From Planctomycetota bacterium (lineage in GTDB: Bacteria; Planctomycetota; MHYJ01; JACQXL01): DNA of 37,488 nucleotides. The notes under the pieces were generated by a model. That model saw only the letters and a list, made by a program, of their open reading frames with translations. It made no database searches and was not told the origin of the DNA. Below, piece after piece: positions 25,188 to 33,379 of this stretch. The stretch is taken from the NCBI GenBank assembly GCA_043807745.1, contig JAZDFP010000016.1, positions 1 to 37,488 on the forward strand. The letters run 5' to 3'. The translations under genes were made by a program, and so were the position numbers. Position 1 is the first letter of the stretch; each line of letters opens with the position of its first letter.

Positions 25188-25289
25188 TTAATATGGATAA
25201 TGTCCGTTTGTAAAATATGGCTCATTATTTTTGGTTTTCACTGGCTTCTTGGTGCCCTTACCTTTTTTTGACTTCTTGTTCTTTTTCAC
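25188..25289 (-). CDS. Possible Lys-rich mini-protein (33 aa, GTG start)
   Basis: I translated VKKNKKSKKGKGTKKPVKTKNNEPYFTNGHYPY. GGAGG lies 9 nt upstream of the GTG, and the ORF fills an otherwise empty 109-bp gap. This call is very tentative. Confidence 0.2.
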   Translation of the reverse strand: MKKNKKSKKGKGTKKPVKTKNNEPYFTNGHYPY

Positions 25290-26014
25290 TAATATAAACC
25301 TCCGTTTATATGTATTGCCTGGCCGGTGATGTAGGAACTTTCATCGCTCAACAGAAACCTAATCATCCCGCCCAACTCCTCTATTCGACCGAACCTGCGC
25401 ATCGGTATCGATTCTTTTATCTCGTTCCGGATATCGAGCGGTATCTGGTTAATCATCCCGTATTCGAAGTATCCGAGCGCCAGGGCATTGACCGTGATAT
25501 TCTTATTCACCAATTCAGCAGCGAGCGCCTTGGTTAACCCTATGATACCCGCCTTGGCTGCACAGTAATGGGAGGCGCCGATTATTCCCTTGAATGCGGC
25601 GACCGATGATATATTAATTATCCTGCCTCCATTGCTTGCCCTCATACCCGGGATAAATTCATTGATGCACATAAAAGCGGAAAACAGATTATCGTTAATG
25701 ATTGTCTGGAATTCTCCGGTAGGCATTTTCCAGCTCATTGCATTGGATGATGCGCCGGCCATGTTGACGATTCCCCACACATTACCAGCTTTAGCTTTTA
25801 ATATTTGCACGTCATCTTCATTGGTCAGTTCGGCACGGATACACACGGCATCGCTTTCTATCCCATGGCCCATCAATACACTGTCCAATTTGTCTTTGTT
25901 GCCCCTGTATTGGCAGACGATATCGTATTGCTTGCTGCCGAGCAGGTAGTTAACGAGTTCAACCCCGATTCCTCCGTTAGCACCGGTTATTAATATTCTT
26001 TTATTATTTTCCAT
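25289..26014 (-). CDS. Classical short-chain dehydrogenase/reductase (FabG-like)
   Basis: The cofactor motif is ILITGANGGIG. The catalytic motif is S..(13)..YCAAKAG (YxxxK). The length, 241 aa, is too short for an RmlB-type extended SDR. Confidence 0.8.
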   Translation of the reverse strand: MENNKRILITGANGGIGVELVNYLLGSKQYDIVCQYRGNKDKLDSVLMGHGIESDAVCIRAELTNEDDVQILKAKAGNVWGIVNMAGASSNAMSWKMPTGEFQTIINDNLFSAFMCINEFIPGMRASNGGRIINISSVAAFKGIIGASHYCAAKAGIIGLTKALAAELVNKNITVNALALGYFEYGMINQIPLDIRNEIKESIPMRRFGRIEELGGMIRFLLSDESSYITGQAIHINGGLY

Positions 26015-26023
26015 TATGAAAAC

Positions 26024-26764
26024 TTAATACCTTTCAAAGTGTTTATGAAACGTATAAAAAGCATTGTCTATGCTTGGTTCAAATCCTAATCGCACCCAGA
26101 CCTTCTGCACGGCTATGCTCGTTATCTGCGTTGACACTATCATCCGCTCCTTTTTCTGCCCGGCAATCCAGTTAAGCGCTTCGATGATAAGCGAGCGATA
26201 GATTCCCTTGCCCTGGTATTCCGGTAGGATGCTTGAGAGCACGCCTTCGCCGTCCTTGTCATTGTTCAGGCGCACGGCAACAAAGCCAACTATCTTACCT
26301 TTGTCTTCGGCCACGAATACTTTATCTGCTGCCAGTTTATCGTGGCAGACCCGATATCCCCAGTCTTCATATGTTCGATTGCATTCATCTATATTTAACA
26401 TGGTATCGTTATGATAGTGACCGTTGTAGTTCTTAAATCCAATTGCGGATATTTTCTCAACTAACCTGGTTTCGGTTGCAGGGTCCAGTTCCCGGATGAT
26501 TATATTATCTTCCCTTTTATCTTTCTGAATACTCTTTAGGTTATGCACATAGCATACCTGCGTATCCATTAGCCGAAATCCTGCACTCTCCATTTCTTGA
26601 ACGGTTGCTATATCCGCAGCATTACACCGGGCAATCAGAAACCTAACGCTATTGGCTTTGCAATAAGTAAGCACATCAAGAATATCATCATGCTTGATAC
26701 CGCTCGCCCTTGCCGATTGTATTCCGAATCGTTCCGTGTCTAATTTTGATAATGATATTATCAT
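26024..26764 (-). CDS. wecD: Two-domain GNAT N-acetyltransferase, WecD-like (dTDP-4-amino-4,6-dideoxyhexose N-acetyltransferase)
   Basis: The GNAT core is IVGFVAVRL...EGVLSSILPEYQGKGIYRSLIIEALNWIAGQKKERMIVSTQITSIAVQKVWVRLGF. The N-terminal extra domain (LDTERFGIQSA...FLIARCNAADIATVQEMESAGFRLMDTQV) parallels E. coli WecD as I recall it. The gene is close to the wecE-like gene. Confidence 0.6.
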   Translation of the reverse strand: MIISLSKLDTERFGIQSARASGIKHDDILDVLTYCKANSVRFLIARCNAADIATVQEMESAGFRLMDTQVCYVHNLKSIQKDKREDNIIIRELDPATETRLVEKISAIGFKNYNGHYHNDTMLNIDECNRTYEDWGYRVCHDKLAADKVFVAEDKGKIVGFVAVRLNNDKDGEGVLSSILPEYQGKGIYRSLIIEALNWIAGQKKERMIVSTQITSIAVQKVWVRLGFEPSIDNAFYTFHKHFERY

Positions 26765-26925
26765 CTTATCTCCTTAACAGATTTAATCTTTCCTGAACAC
26801 AGTTCGACGTCTTTTATCATCATCGACCTAATTGCCCATCGTGCCGCGCCCCTACTTTTAGCCTTGATATGGATTAACCTGTAATCCTTTACTTCTATCT
26901 TTACTTCGTAGTATTTTGATTTCAT
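26761..26925 (-). CDS. Small hypothetical protein (54 aa), absent from the ORF track
   Basis: I translated MKSKYYEVKIEVKDYRLIHIKAKSRGAARWAIRSMMIKDVELCSGKIKSVKEIR. It starts right after the upstream TAA, and its TGA overlaps the ATG of the wecD-like gene. Confidence 0.4.
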   Translation of the reverse strand: MKSKYYEVKIEVKDYRLIHIKAKSRGAARWAIRSMMIKDVELCSGKIKSVKEIR

Positions 26926-27780
26926 TTAGAAATACTCCCCTTTATATTTCAATATTTCTTTCACGTCTTTGCCGTAGTATGGATGCTTCTTCATTATTGC
27001 CGGAAACGCCCCCTTATACGGCACGGTAAACATCGGCGAAGCGTCTAAATTCATATTGACATTAGTCGTCTCTTTTGCATTCATCCACTTATTAATCACG
27101 TCCACTGGGTTCTCCCTCGGTCTCTTGGAATAAAATTGGTTGTTCCATTCCGCTTTCTGTTCCAGGTGTTTTAAATTATGCACCCACTTAAAGTGATGTA
27201 TTTTAATATCGTGCGCCAGGTTAGCTCCTCCCATCCGCACTTCGCATTCCGGTCGTGACGGATAGACAAAAGCCGCATTCTTGGTTATTGCTTCTAACTT
27301 CATATCCCGATTAAACATGTAATTGCGCCCTTCAGCTCCCGGGCCTACCCAGCCGAAGTCGCCGTGGAATACCAAGTGGTCAGGTGAGTAATTGAACTTC
27401 CTTTCTTTGGTCAACTTTATCAATTTATTTAACTCCTTGTCATCCCATACCTCATCTGGCATACTGATGATAAAAGCGTCATCATCGGTGTATCCGAGTT
27501 CACACATTTTATCAAATCCTGCACGCCATTGCTCATTAGGTGAATACCAGCCCTCACTGAATACAGTATGTATTTTGCCATGATGTTTCTTTCGCATTAA
27601 CTCTATATATTCGAGCGTCCTGTCCTGGTCTTTTATTTCTGCTTTATTTATGCGCCACTGCCACATATATTTGGTTGGACAGGTTATAACAATATGGTCG
27701 AGTTTAAGTAGGCTCTGGATACACTGGGCCATGTATTCCTCGTCGTGCGGCATACAAATCATTAAAGCAGATATTTTCAT
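26926..27780 (-). CDS. Putative GT-A fold glycosyltransferase (divergent third paralogue)
   Basis: I prefer the start at 27780 (MKISALMICMPHDEEYMAQCIQSLLKLDHIVI; SD AAAGGATAAC ATG). It has acidic motifs DDDAFIISMPDE. It shows weak similarity to the two head-locus GT-A genes. Confidence 0.4.
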   Translation of the reverse strand: MKISALMICMPHDEEYMAQCIQSLLKLDHIVITCPTKYMWQWRINKAEIKDQDRTLEYIELMRKKHHGKIHTVFSEGWYSPNEQWRAGFDKMCELGYTDDDAFIISMPDEVWDDKELNKLIKLTKERKFNYSPDHLVFHGDFGWVGPGAEGRNYMFNRDMKLEAITKNAAFVYPSRPECEVRMGGANLAHDIKIHHFKWVHNLKHLEQKAEWNNQFYSKRPRENPVDVINKWMNAKETTNVNMNLDASPMFTVPYKGAFPAIMKKHPYYGKDVKEILKYKGEYF

Positions 27781-27790
27781 GTTATCCTTT

Positions 27791-28189
27791 CTACCTGATT
27801 TCATCTATTTCATCAGGCTTATCCTTGCTTTCAACTATCCTTAAATCTATACCTAAATCCCTGAGGTAATGAACATCTATTATTATTTTTCCGTAAGAGA
27901 ATAAAACGGCTCCAAGGCTTTTCTTTCCATCTGCATAATACGCTCTTAGGTTTTTGTTAAACTCTATCAGTCCCTGTGATATTATCTGAGACTGCTCTTC
28001 GACTTGCTGATATGCTTCCCTCAGTTCTTCAATGGTCAGCGGCTTTTCCGGCTTCGCCTCAGTCCAGGTCGTTGCTTCTTTATCAATCTTTTCTGCTGAT
28101 GCCTTAATAACGTCGTGTTCTAATTGCCTATCTAATTCGTTTTTTCCGAAAATTAACTTTGCATTTTCCCATGCTTCTTTATTTATCAT
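27791..28189 (-). CDS. Hypothetical protein (132 aa)
   Basis: I prefer the start at 28189 (MINKEAWENAK), which forms an ATGA overlap with the upstream stop. The longer ORF-track start at 28294 would overlap the upstream gene by 108 nt. Confidence 0.5.
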   Translation of the reverse strand: MINKEAWENAKLIFGKNELDRQLEHDVIKASAEKIDKEATTWTEAKPEKPLTIEELREAYQQVEEQSQIISQGLIEFNKNLRAYYADGKKSLGAVLFSYGKIIIDVHYLRDLGIDLRIVESKDKPDEIDEIR

Positions 28190-28932
28190 TTGCAATATTC
28201 CTCCAGTTCTTTTGTCCCCACCGTCACATGTTTCGCCAGCATATCGCACAGCCGGGACAGGTTTGATACGTATGCGCTCTCGATGGTTTCCCACGTGAAA
28301 TGCAGGGTTATCGTTATCAGTGTGTCTTCCTCTATCATATTCAGTGCATATTCGTCCCTGTATATTTGTTCATTGAATACCAGTGCCGGTATTTCTCGTG
28401 ATCTGGTATAATACAAATGGGACGATTGGAGACACATCAACCCATTATCATCAAAGAAGCATTTACCCCCTTCCTCTATCTTCCCGCCGAAGAATGTCTT
28501 GAACCCGATTTGCTTGAGATGGTATCTCAGATTCGGTGTATCCTCATCAAACGGCGATATGTAACTGGTTATCTTGCCGAAGCGCACCTCCATTATCCGC
28601 TTATGTTCTGCTAATAATTTATGCAGTCTACATGATTCGCCTTCCATCTCCTCAATCACCCTAATTTCCTTAACATTGCATTCACACAGATTAACCAGCC
28701 ACCGCCTATGGTCTACCCCATGCATTGCTACGTCTATTTTGGCTTCCTGAATTATCTGGATATCCCGACTGTCCAGCATGGTCGGCACCACTCCGAGTAT
28801 GTATTTCACTCCGTATTTTTTGAATACCTCATTGAACATCGCCAATCTGAGATGCTTGGTCGCATCCGGCAGGCGCGGGTCAGTGTTTAGTGCCCGCGGG
28901 TAGTCATCTACGCGGACGATAAATTTCAGCAT
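28186..28932 (-). CDS. Polysaccharide deacetylase-like protein (NodB-fold / DUF2334-like)
   Basis: The stretch MLKFIVRVDDYPR...VFKKYGVKYILGVVP...DVAMHGVDH fits the pattern lRvDD......f..y..k..lgviP.....HG..H. Confidence 0.45.
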   Translation of the reverse strand: MLKFIVRVDDYPRALNTDPRLPDATKHLRLAMFNEVFKKYGVKYILGVVPTMLDSRDIQIIQEAKIDVAMHGVDHRRWLVNLCECNVKEIRVIEEMEGESCRLHKLLAEHKRIMEVRFGKITSYISPFDEDTPNLRYHLKQIGFKTFFGGKIEEGGKCFFDDNGLMCLQSSHLYYTRSREIPALVFNEQIYRDEYALNMIEEDTLITITLHFTWETIESAYVSNLSRLCDMLAKHVTVGTKELEEYCK

Positions 28933-29537
28933 ACCTTCTCCTTTTTAAAATCATCCAAAATAGCATAAATCACTGTTAAGGGAATGAATTTATCTGAATA
29001 TCTATCGAATATTTTCCCGTCCATTGCACTATTTACCAATACCTGCCTTAGCCTGTCCAAATCAACACTTTCTTTTGGAAGGACTAAAAAGTCCCCATTG
29101 GAATCGGTTTGTAATGATGCTGGTATTTTATTTATCTCTGATTTAGTAATTTTATCTATCCGATTAACACCAAAATATTTTGAGCAAATTATTCCATGAT
29201 GATTAAAATATGCCTTGCCGTCTGCAAAACAAATCTGCCAATAACTATTGTCTCGCATTAATAATTCATCTCCCACTTTATATGTTTTTTCTATTAGCTT
29301 AGGCGGTTCTGGTGGCAATCCACAATTAGGGCAAAAATGAATCGGTTCAGAAGAATGAATAAATCTTGCCCAGCATTGTTTTTCATGCCAATGTAACTCA
29401 ATGGAATCCTTTCTCATATTCATCCAATCACACTCACAATATTGCTGTTGTTGCCAGTTATCACAAGCATCGAGTTTATCTGTTTTCTTAAATCCGCATT
29501 CGTTCCTACAATTTTCACAGTTCTTCTCTGTTTTCAT
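28926..29537 (-). CDS. Hypothetical protein with a Cys-rich N-terminal half (203 aa)
   Basis: It contains CENCRNEC...C...CEC...C...CPNC. It is the first gene after TerL. Confidence 0.55.
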   Translation of the reverse strand: MKTEKNCENCRNECGFKKTDKLDACDNWQQQQYCECDWMNMRKDSIELHWHEKQCWARFIHSSEPIHFCPNCGLPPEPPKLIEKTYKVGDELLMRDNSYWQICFADGKAYFNHHGIICSKYFGVNRIDKITKSEINKIPASLQTDSNGDFLVLPKESVDLDRLRQVLVNSAMDGKIFDRYSDKFIPLTVIYAILDDFKKEKVC

Positions 29538-29538
29538 A

Positions 29539-31095
29539 TCAATTCTCCCTCTCTTTTGTGGTTACCACCCTAATTTTCGGCACGTTCCTGAGTGCCTGTT
29601 CCCGGACCTGCCAAGCAATTGCCCAGGCTATTACCAAGTCATCAAAACTCCCTCCCTTCGCCCCATATCCACCGTCTGATAACTGCTGGAATGTCTGACA
29701 TTGACCCAGAAATTCCATGTCGTTGACCTTCATTAGATTTTCCACGAATGCATTATCAAGTCCGTTAATCATCAGCGGTCTCGTCTTTGCATTCGTATGC
29801 CATCCCAACTTACCCTCGCCACCGTCTGCATCATAATCTACGTGCTTATAAATATTGGGATAACGAATGGTATTATACAGAGTATTAAGTGTTGAGTGTC
29901 CGTGATTATTCGCTTCCGGAGCGAGCATACCGGTGTTGTATTCATAACCAAGTTTCGCCATCTTCTCGCCGAATACCTCCGGGCGCCATCTGCCCACCAG
30001 ACATGCCACCTGCTCGCAGGTATTAACATCAAGCACGCCTGCACAAGAGAAATCCGATTTCTCTAATCCCTCCCCCACATCACCCCCTATCGCATAGACG
30101 TGCCCCTTCTCCGGGTTAACCCATATCAACAGCGCGCCGTCTTCCCTGATTTCTATTGGCGGTTTGCATTTGGCAGCCAGTGCTCGGACAATTTCGATAT
30201 TGAATCTATGCAAGCCGGATGATATAAAAGCCTCCATTGGATTTTCGGGAAACTCCTGCGGGAATAGTTTTTTATATTCAAATTTCGTATCCCTGCGCCA
30301 TTTAATCTGTTCAGGTATGATATCTATTTCGTATATCTCTTTGGCATATCTAATTAAGTCTTTTTCATTCTCTTCATATTTAAGTTCCTCTCCTTCCCCT
30401 AATGCCAACATGTTATTTTGGTCTATATACCAGGGCAGGAATATCGGATTCCAACTATTGCCGCCCTTTGTTGCCTCGTTCCAGGTATCAAAGAACCATC
30501 CGCCGACCCCGTTGCCGGTTGTCTCGCATATCACATCCCCATATCGGCAAGCCCCAAATATACCTGCGATAAAGTTCTCTATTGCCTCTTTAGTGCCTGG
30601 AAAGTATGCCGCTTCACTCAGATGCACCCGTTGCACCGTCTTACTACGGCCGGCCGCCTTCGCCCCGGCTGTGCCGATGGAGAATTTACTATTAATTCTA
30701 GGGAAGTCCAGTTCGTTCTTATTTTCATAATCCCGGCGCGGTCTTATAGACGGGTCCAATTTATCATAAAATAATTGCGCTATCCTGAATATTTCCTGCG
30801 TATCGGGTTTGGTATGAGCTAAGGTTATACATGACTGATTAGCCATCGTTGCTACCAGCTGGAAACTCTCCGCTTGTTCAAGCGTAGTTATCCCTACTTT
30901 CCTTGACTTCAATACTAGGTATCGCTTCTTCTTGCCCAACTTGCGATAGTAGTTCTTCAATTTGAGATAATATATTTGCGTTGAGTTAAGATAAAACGGG
31001 CGTATGTATCCCATTTCGTCCTTGATATACAGGAACGTCTGCATATACTTGATTTTGTTATTCAAATACGAATATGCTTGTGCCGTATCTACCAT
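29539..31095 (-). CDS. Terminase large subunit
   Basis: 518 aa. The Walker A-like motif is YLVLKSRKVGITT (compare lKaRQ.G.St), and the Walker B-like motif is RVHLSEAA. A C-terminal nuclease-like region follows. It sits downstream of the TerS-like gene. Confidence 0.85.
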   Translation of the reverse strand: MVDTAQAYSYLNNKIKYMQTFLYIKDEMGYIRPFYLNSTQIYYLKLKNYYRKLGKKKRYLVLKSRKVGITTLEQAESFQLVATMANQSCITLAHTKPDTQEIFRIAQLFYDKLDPSIRPRRDYENKNELDFPRINSKFSIGTAGAKAAGRSKTVQRVHLSEAAYFPGTKEAIENFIAGIFGACRYGDVICETTGNGVGGWFFDTWNEATKGGNSWNPIFLPWYIDQNNMLALGEGEELKYEENEKDLIRYAKEIYEIDIIPEQIKWRRDTKFEYKKLFPQEFPENPMEAFISSGLHRFNIEIVRALAAKCKPPIEIREDGALLIWVNPEKGHVYAIGGDVGEGLEKSDFSCAGVLDVNTCEQVACLVGRWRPEVFGEKMAKLGYEYNTGMLAPEANNHGHSTLNTLYNTIRYPNIYKHVDYDADGGEGKLGWHTNAKTRPLMINGLDNAFVENLMKVNDMEFLGQCQTFQQLSDGGYGAKGGSFDDLVIAWAIAWQVREQALRNVPKIRVVTTKEREN

Positions 31096-31328
31096 CTCTT
31101 CGCCTCTTTCTTTGTTTTTTCCTGGATAGTTACCACTTCACCGCAGAATAAACACCTGCCAGTTAGTTCACCGTCCCTTTCCCCTATGGATTCCTCATCT
31201 ATTGCCACCACGCCCGCGTGGATACATTCTATCCTAAGACTGCATCCCGGGCACCGGAACATATCACTCTGGTTGCAGTTCGCCCTGCCTAAGTAAACCG
31301 TTTCCGTATTACAACATAAGCATTTCAT
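31089..31328 (-). CDS. Zinc-ribbon-like Cys-rich protein (79 aa)
   Basis: It contains CLCC...C...CPGC...C...CLFC. Its stop overlaps the TerL start. Confidence 0.5.
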   Translation of the reverse strand: MKCLCCNTETVYLGRANCNQSDMFRCPGCSLRIECIHAGVVAIDEESIGERDGELTGRCLFCGEVVTIQEKTKKEAKRW

Positions 31329-31364
31329 ATTAAATAATTCTGTGCCAGCCGTTTCTCTATCATC

Positions 31365-31682
31365 TTAATATATTTCGGATTCAACTCTATCCCGATTTAC
31401 TTCACCTTTTATTTTTAGCTTACCTAAGTCTTTAATCTGTGTGCCTTGCAAATACAGAGAATCGCCAAAATGTCCGGTTTTATTTATATCTACAATAATC
31501 CGTAAAACCTCATTCAAGCATCGGGTTTGCCATAATTCTTTTTCTTCTTCATACCATCCGGGCAAAGTTCCCTCTTCATCTATTTTATATTGCCAGTCTT
31601 TAAGGTCAATAGACGAGAGGCTACCAAGTGGTAATATTTCTATTTTAACGAAAGTTCTTAAATATAAATCGCCATCCTTCAA
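31365..31682 (-). CDS. Hypothetical protein (105 aa, apparent TTG start)
   Basis: ORF between TerS and TerL. The only start codon available in frame is TTG at 31682. Confidence 0.4.
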   Translation of the reverse strand: MKDGDLYLRTFVKIEILPLGSLSSIDLKDWQYKIDEEGTLPGWYEEEKELWQTRCLNEVLRIIVDINKTGHFGDSLYLQGTQIKDLGKLKIKGEVNRDRVESEIY

Positions 31683-31794
31683 TTTCCTTTTATTATTAAA
31701 TCGTTATGTTTTTTGTTTCGGCTATAGAATGGGTTTTGTTCTCCTTTGATTGCCAAGAAATTAAATCCTATACACATATATTATCCTTTCTTTA

Positions 31795-32352
31795 TTAATC
31801 TATATCTTCTTCCTCTTCCGGTGCCGACAGCAACGGTTGCCCTGGTTTCGCCCCTGTTAGTTCTGCCTCTATCTCATTGACAGTTTCATACTCACTAACC
31901 CGCCGATTCTGATTATCAAGTATCGCCCGTTCTATTGCGGTTATGACTGTTTCGGTGCGACTGTCGGCGTTGCCATGGAGAAATTCGTCCGTCCTGATTA
32001 GTTTTTCTAAATCTGATAGGGTGCATTTAATTGTTTTATACCTTATTTGTTGGACAAGATAACTCAATGCGCCTTCTACTATTTTCTGATTTCTCAATAG
32101 ACGGTCTGCTGTTTCAGTCGAGCACTTCTTTAATATTTTTATTCCTATTTTATCCCAATGGTCTTTACGCTTTAATAACCAATTTTCCTTCTTAGCCAAT
32201 CGACCCAACTGTGCCTGACTTATTCCATATTCCTGGGCTAACTGGTTCATAGACGGTTCATCTTCCCTCTCTATATAAGCCGTCTTAATCATTATCCATT
32301 TAGCTTGGGTATTCTTCTGGGTTTTTCTCGTAGTCCATTTAATATTAGTCAT
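31795..32352 (-). CDS. Terminase small subunit (HTH-type)
   Basis: I prefer the start at 32352 (MTNIKW; SD GAGGGAAGC ATG). The stretch PSMNQLAQEYGISQAQLGRLAKKENWLLKRKDHW is typical of the TerS N-terminal HTH. It has an acidic C-terminus and lies upstream of TerL. Confidence 0.65.
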   Translation of the reverse strand: MTNIKWTTRKTQKNTQAKWIMIKTAYIEREDEPSMNQLAQEYGISQAQLGRLAKKENWLLKRKDHWDKIGIKILKKCSTETADRLLRNQKIVEGALSYLVQQIRYKTIKCTLSDLEKLIRTDEFLHGNADSRTETVITAIERAILDNQNRRVSEYETVNEIEAELTGAKPGQPLLSAPEEEEDID

Positions 32353-32377
32353 GCTTCCCTCTCTGCACTCGTGTGCA

Positions 32378-32515
32378 TTAATGCTCATAATCTTTTAAGA
32401 AATTCCGATTAATAACCATCCTAATTAAAATGGATGTTTCCCTTAAGGTATAACCGGCTATGAGATAAACCGTGATTAGATACAATATTCTCAATAATCT
32501 TTTAAGTTTTTTCAT
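32378..32515 (-). CDS. Possible 45-aa membrane mini-protein
   Basis: I translated MKKLKRLLRILYLITVYLIAGYTLRETSILIRMVINRNFLKDYEH, which has one hydrophobic helix. The SD is poor. This call is tentative. Confidence 0.2.
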   Translation of the reverse strand: MKKLKRLLRILYLITVYLIAGYTLRETSILIRMVINRNFLKDYEH

Positions 32516-32610
32516 CTTCGATATTGCCTTTTTGTCCGACTCTCCTAAATAAACATTAATAATTGATACTTCACAGTTATATTGCTATCGAGCTTTGCGA
32601 TTCTTTTCTT

Positions 32611-32823
32611 TCATATTATTATTCCATTCGTAAGTTTAAGTTCTGTTTCTTTGACTACTATTGCTAGTGTAAATCCTCTATGGTCTTTAACTGGTTTGTT
32701 ATTAAAATAAACTCTTACTACAAAGTAGAGACCGTTTGATAATTGACGAATAATCTTTACCCTACCTAATTTTTTGTGATACCTAATCTTGCGCCATCTG
32801 TTTTCATTGGCAAGTTTGTTCAT
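32611..32823 (-). CDS. Hypothetical protein (70 aa)
   Basis: ORF coupled to the upstream gene by a 4-nt overlap. Confidence 0.5.
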   Translation of the reverse strand: MNKLANENRWRKIRYHKKLGRVKIIRQLSNGLYFVVRVYFNNKPVKDHRGFTLAIVVKETELKLTNGIII

Positions 32824-33029
32824 TGTTTAATCTCCTCGTTATACAAAGGTGTTATTAAAACTCTAATTACAACATAAGCAAAGGCATTTTCTTTGCGTTC
32901 TTTTTCTGCTTCCTTTTTCGTGGTATGTATCGAATGAACCATTGCATTGCCAGAATGAATAACTCCCCAGTAGATACAGTTTCTTTTTTCTTGTTGTGCC
33001 AGTATAGACATTTTATTTTTTGCGCCCAT
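32820..33029 (-). CDS. Hypothetical protein (69 aa)
   Basis: ORF in the operon. No family recognised. Confidence 0.5.
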   Translation of the reverse strand: MGAKNKMSILAQQEKRNCIYWGVIHSGNAMVHSIHTTKKEAEKERKENAFAYVVIRVLITPLYNEEIKQ

Positions 33030-33030
33030 A

Positions 33031-33366
33031 TTAAGACTCCTTTATTATAATAGAAAACTCCTGTCCGATTAGACTTCGGTAATATTCTTCTTTTTGTGGT
33101 TTATATGGTCTTAATGTAGTAAAGACAAATTCATCTCTTTGATAATTTTTCGTAACAAATAAGAGCAATAAATATTTAGTATAAGGTAATTCGTATTGTC
33201 CATTGGGATATGTTGCATCATAATCAATAAATTTCTGTGGCAAGTCTTTTTTATTAACTATTGATACATTTACAAGACACGCTTGTTTTACGGGGGTAAC
33301 ATTATTGTTATCGCAAGTAATCCAATTTAGTTTAAAATACTTATGACTAAAGGTTATCTGATTCAT
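33031..33366 (-). CDS. Hypothetical protein (111 aa)
   Basis: ORF with an SD (AGGAGGTGGGGG ATG). No family recognised. Confidence 0.55.
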   Translation of the reverse strand: MNQITFSHKYFKLNWITCDNNNVTPVKQACLVNVSIVNKKDLPQKFIDYDATYPNGQYELPYTKYLLLLFVTKNYQRDEFVFTTLRPYKPQKEEYYRSLIGQEFSIIIKES

Positions 33367-33379
33367 CCCCCACCTCCTT

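Noticed and set aside
31673-31777. A 34-aa ORF with a good SD upstream of 31365..31682, and the idea that a -1 frameshift joins it to the TTG-start ORF
   Set aside because: The 105-aa ORF is indeed in the -1 frame of the mini-ORF. However, a TAA blocks that frame upstream, and there is no X_XXY_YYZ heptamer in the overlap. This is insufficient support for recoding.
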